Part shown: piece by piece, positions 61,928 to 64,000 of the stretch
Layout of the letters: every line of letters starts with the position of its first letter
Numbering within the stretch: position 1 is the stretch's first letter
Assembly: GCA_963701025.1 (NCBI GenBank)
Contig: OY969557.1
Span: 170,405 to 234,404 of the forward strand
Direction: 5' to 3'
Length of the DNA stretch: 64,000 bases
Origin: an uncultured bacterium
GTDB lineage: Bacteria > Patescibacteriota > Minisyncoccia > Phycocordibacterales > PALSA-1337
Program-made: the position numbers and the translations under genes
Notes under the pieces: generated by a model
What the model saw: the letters and a program-made list of their open reading frames with translations, nothing else
Told to the model about the DNA's origin: nothing
The model's database searches: none

Positions 61928-63706
61928 TCATTTTTTCGTCAGTTTTTCGAGCCTAGCGAGCCTAGCGATGTCATCCTCGATCTCCTTTAATCCTTCTTTC
62001 CAAAAGCTCGGCCTTGAGACGTCGATGCCGATCTCTTTCAATATGTTCTCCGGAGAATCCTTGCCGCCGGCGGACAAGAACTGCTCTATCTTTTTCCAAA
62101 AGGATCTGTTTTTGCGATAGCGGCGAAGAAGGGCCTTTGACACAAGCATGCCGTATGCATAGGAGTAGACATAGAAAAATCGGCGAATATGAATCCAAGC
62201 AACGAAGAAATATCCATCATCAGGTATGAGCTCGAAGGCATCACCGAGATAGGCTTGCATATTCTTGTTGTGCAATGCGGCTATACGCTCTTTCGGGACA
62301 AAGCCTGTCTTACGGATCTCCGCATGAAGGTCAGATTCGAAATTAAAGCAGGCGATCGAACGGAAGATCGTGCTAATCTCGCTGTTGATCTTGTTAGCAA
62401 GCGCGATGATCTGTCGTGCGGGAGACAATCCCTCCATCTCTGCTTCCTGCGCCATGCCCTCAAAGAGGGTGCTGGCGGTTTCTGCTAAAGACGTCGAGTA
62501 GTCACAATACATAGGACCTTGGCTCCTAGAAAGCTCGCTGTGGAATGCGTGCCCCATTTCATGCGCCAGTGTATGCATCGAATCAGCATTGTCGACATGG
62601 TTTAGGAGAATAAATGTCGGGGCATCATAACTGCTCGAACAATAGCCGCCGCCAGCCTTGCCGGCCCGTGGGAACACGTCGATCTGTCCATTCTTGATAA
62701 ACGAACCGAGGAAATCAGCATATTTCACATCAATCTTACCAAAAGTATTTTTGACCAGCGATACGGTCTTATCAAAAGGATAGGTAGCCGCACTGTCGTC
62801 GATGCTTAGACGATTATCATAATAACGAAGTTTTTTCTGGCCCAGCAACAGCGCCTTGATCCTGTTGAAACGATGTGCGATCGGGAAAGCTTGGGTCACC
62901 GTTTTTACCAAGTTATCGACGACTTTCGGGTCATTCCGATATCCGAGAACGGTCTCAGCGTAGGGAATGGCGAATCCGCGCAATGAATCGTCGATCTTCT
63001 TGTTAGTATAGACGGCGTTTATCTCAGCCTCAGAGAATGGTGCCACATCTTTCAGACTGGCATTAATTGCCGATGTAAGCTTCGCGCGATCAGACGCGAG
63101 CCGTGTGGAACGGATTACATTGATCGCTTGAGAGATCGGTATCGTCTTCCCTTTCCACTGGAGCGTTTTTGCATTCAACAGACGATCATGCGCCTGGTTC
63201 CAAAGCTCCCGACCCGGCAGGCTCTTGAGAGAAAGTATCTTCTCCTCGGGGATGCTCAAGCGGTGCTTTGCATCTTCGAACATACAGGATAAATAAAATC
63301 TGAAATGCTCCAGTCTGGAGTCTTTCAAAAATGCCTTCTGCCGAGCAGAATCGATCTGGCCGATAGACACACGGAAGAATATCAGTTTGTTGAAAGCAAT
63401 TGTGACACGGTTGCTGATGAGGTTAAGCTTTGCGGCCGCGGTAGTATTAGAACTCTCGATGTCTGTCAGGTAGAAGAAATATAAAAGTGGCTTTGGCGAA
63501 CCGATAGCGAGAAGTTTCTCATATGCCGTCAAGGCTTTCTTAAGTGTTGTGGCTTTTGTTAAGTACCCTTTGTCGGATATATCATATCTCTTCGCAAAAT
63601 CATCGATCTTTTTCTCAATAGATTTCAAATCCGACTCAATCCTTGGATCGTGCTCTGACGAGTATAATAGTTTCAAGTTCCACTGGTATTTTTTGGTCTC
63701 TTTCAT
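61928..63706 (-). CDS. pepF: M3 family oligoendopeptidase F
   Basis: WNL..LY, HEMGH, AETAS and FYVYSY motifs. Confidence 0.92.
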   Translation of the reverse strand: MKETKKYQWNLKLLYSSEHDPRIESDLKSIEKKIDDFAKRYDISDKGYLTKATTLKKALTAYEKLLAIGSPKPLLYFFYLTDIESSNTTAAAKLNLISNRVTIAFNKLIFFRVSIGQIDSARQKAFLKDSRLEHFRFYLSCMFEDAKHRLSIPEEKILSLKSLPGRELWNQAHDRLLNAKTLQWKGKTIPISQAINVIRSTRLASDRAKLTSAINASLKDVAPFSEAEINAVYTNKKIDDSLRGFAIPYAETVLGYRNDPKVVDNLVKTVTQAFPIAHRFNRIKALLLGQKKLRYYDNRLSIDDSAATYPFDKTVSLVKNTFGKIDVKYADFLGSFIKNGQIDVFPRAGKAGGGYCSSSYDAPTFILLNHVDNADSMHTLAHEMGHAFHSELSRSQGPMYCDYSTSLAETASTLFEGMAQEAEMEGLSPARQIIALANKINSEISTIFRSIACFNFESDLHAEIRKTGFVPKERIAALHNKNMQAYLGDAFELIPDDGYFFVAWIHIRRFFYVYSYAYGMLVSKALLRRYRKNRSFWKKIEQFLSAGGKDSPENILKEIGIDVSRPSFWKEGLKEIEDDIARLARLEKLTKK

Positions 63707-63716
63707 ATGTCGTCCA

Positions 63717-64000
63717 TTATACAAACTTCTTCAAAATCTCAAAGTCTTTTTTGTGGGTGTCGCGCATGCCGCCGTTGTAAAGGGCGCTCGCCGGGTGATA
63801 TAGAGTGACGATGGTGAGAGGGCTCGTCCGGCCGTCGCCGGTCTTGAGCTCGGTCTCGAACGCGCGTCCATGGATGCGGCTTATCGGTTCAAGCTCCAAG
63901 TCGAAGCCGAAATGCTTCATGACGTACGCCATGCTGTATCTGCCGAGGGTGGCGATGACCCGGGGACGGATGATGTCTATCTGGCGGTCGAGGAACGGGC
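63717..64000 (-). CDS. Uracil-DNA glycosylase family 4, 5'-partial
   Basis: QIDIIRPRVIATLGRYS and LYHPASALY motifs. Confidence 0.88.
   Translation of the reverse strand, partial: PFLDRQIDIIRPRVIATLGRYSMAYVMKHFGFDLELEPISRIHGRAFETELKTGDGRTSPLTIVTLYHPASALYNGGMRDTHKKDFEILKKFV

Overview
Chromosomal window of a Patescibacteria (CPR), most likely Parcubacteria-type, bacterium. This is inferred from gene content and style: gap-rpiB-rpe-split transketolase cluster, short AlaRS, FtsA-like plus baseplate-J-like pair, Ser/Thr-rich secreted proteins, and leaderless-looking starts with few SD sites. Housekeeping genes run mostly on + to the left of about 25 kb and almost entirely on - to the right of 39.4 kb, which suggests the replication terminus. 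At that switch lies a 14.3 kb AT-rich element bounded by a 13-bp dif-like direct repeat (25060 and 39400). It is an integrated filamentous (inovirus-like) prophage with SSB, tiny minor-coat ORFs, major coat protein, pIII, pVI, Zot/pI ATPase, HUH Rep and its own Xer-like recombinase. Inside its genome it carries a defence cargo of about 7 kb: two methyltransferases, a two-subunit nuclease, a stand-alone PD-(D/E)xK protein and a GhoS-like gene. It also holds large ssDNA-type hairpins and an 11-bp phased repeat array. The host part contains several families of palindromic and tandem mini-repeats, including one element found both in-frame inside uvrB and downstream of dnaK. Frameshifts in essential genes (gap, dnaK) indicate sequencing indels, so pseudogene calls are provisional. 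No rRNA, tRNA or CRISPR array was recognised. All calls come from reading motifs by eye, with no database search.
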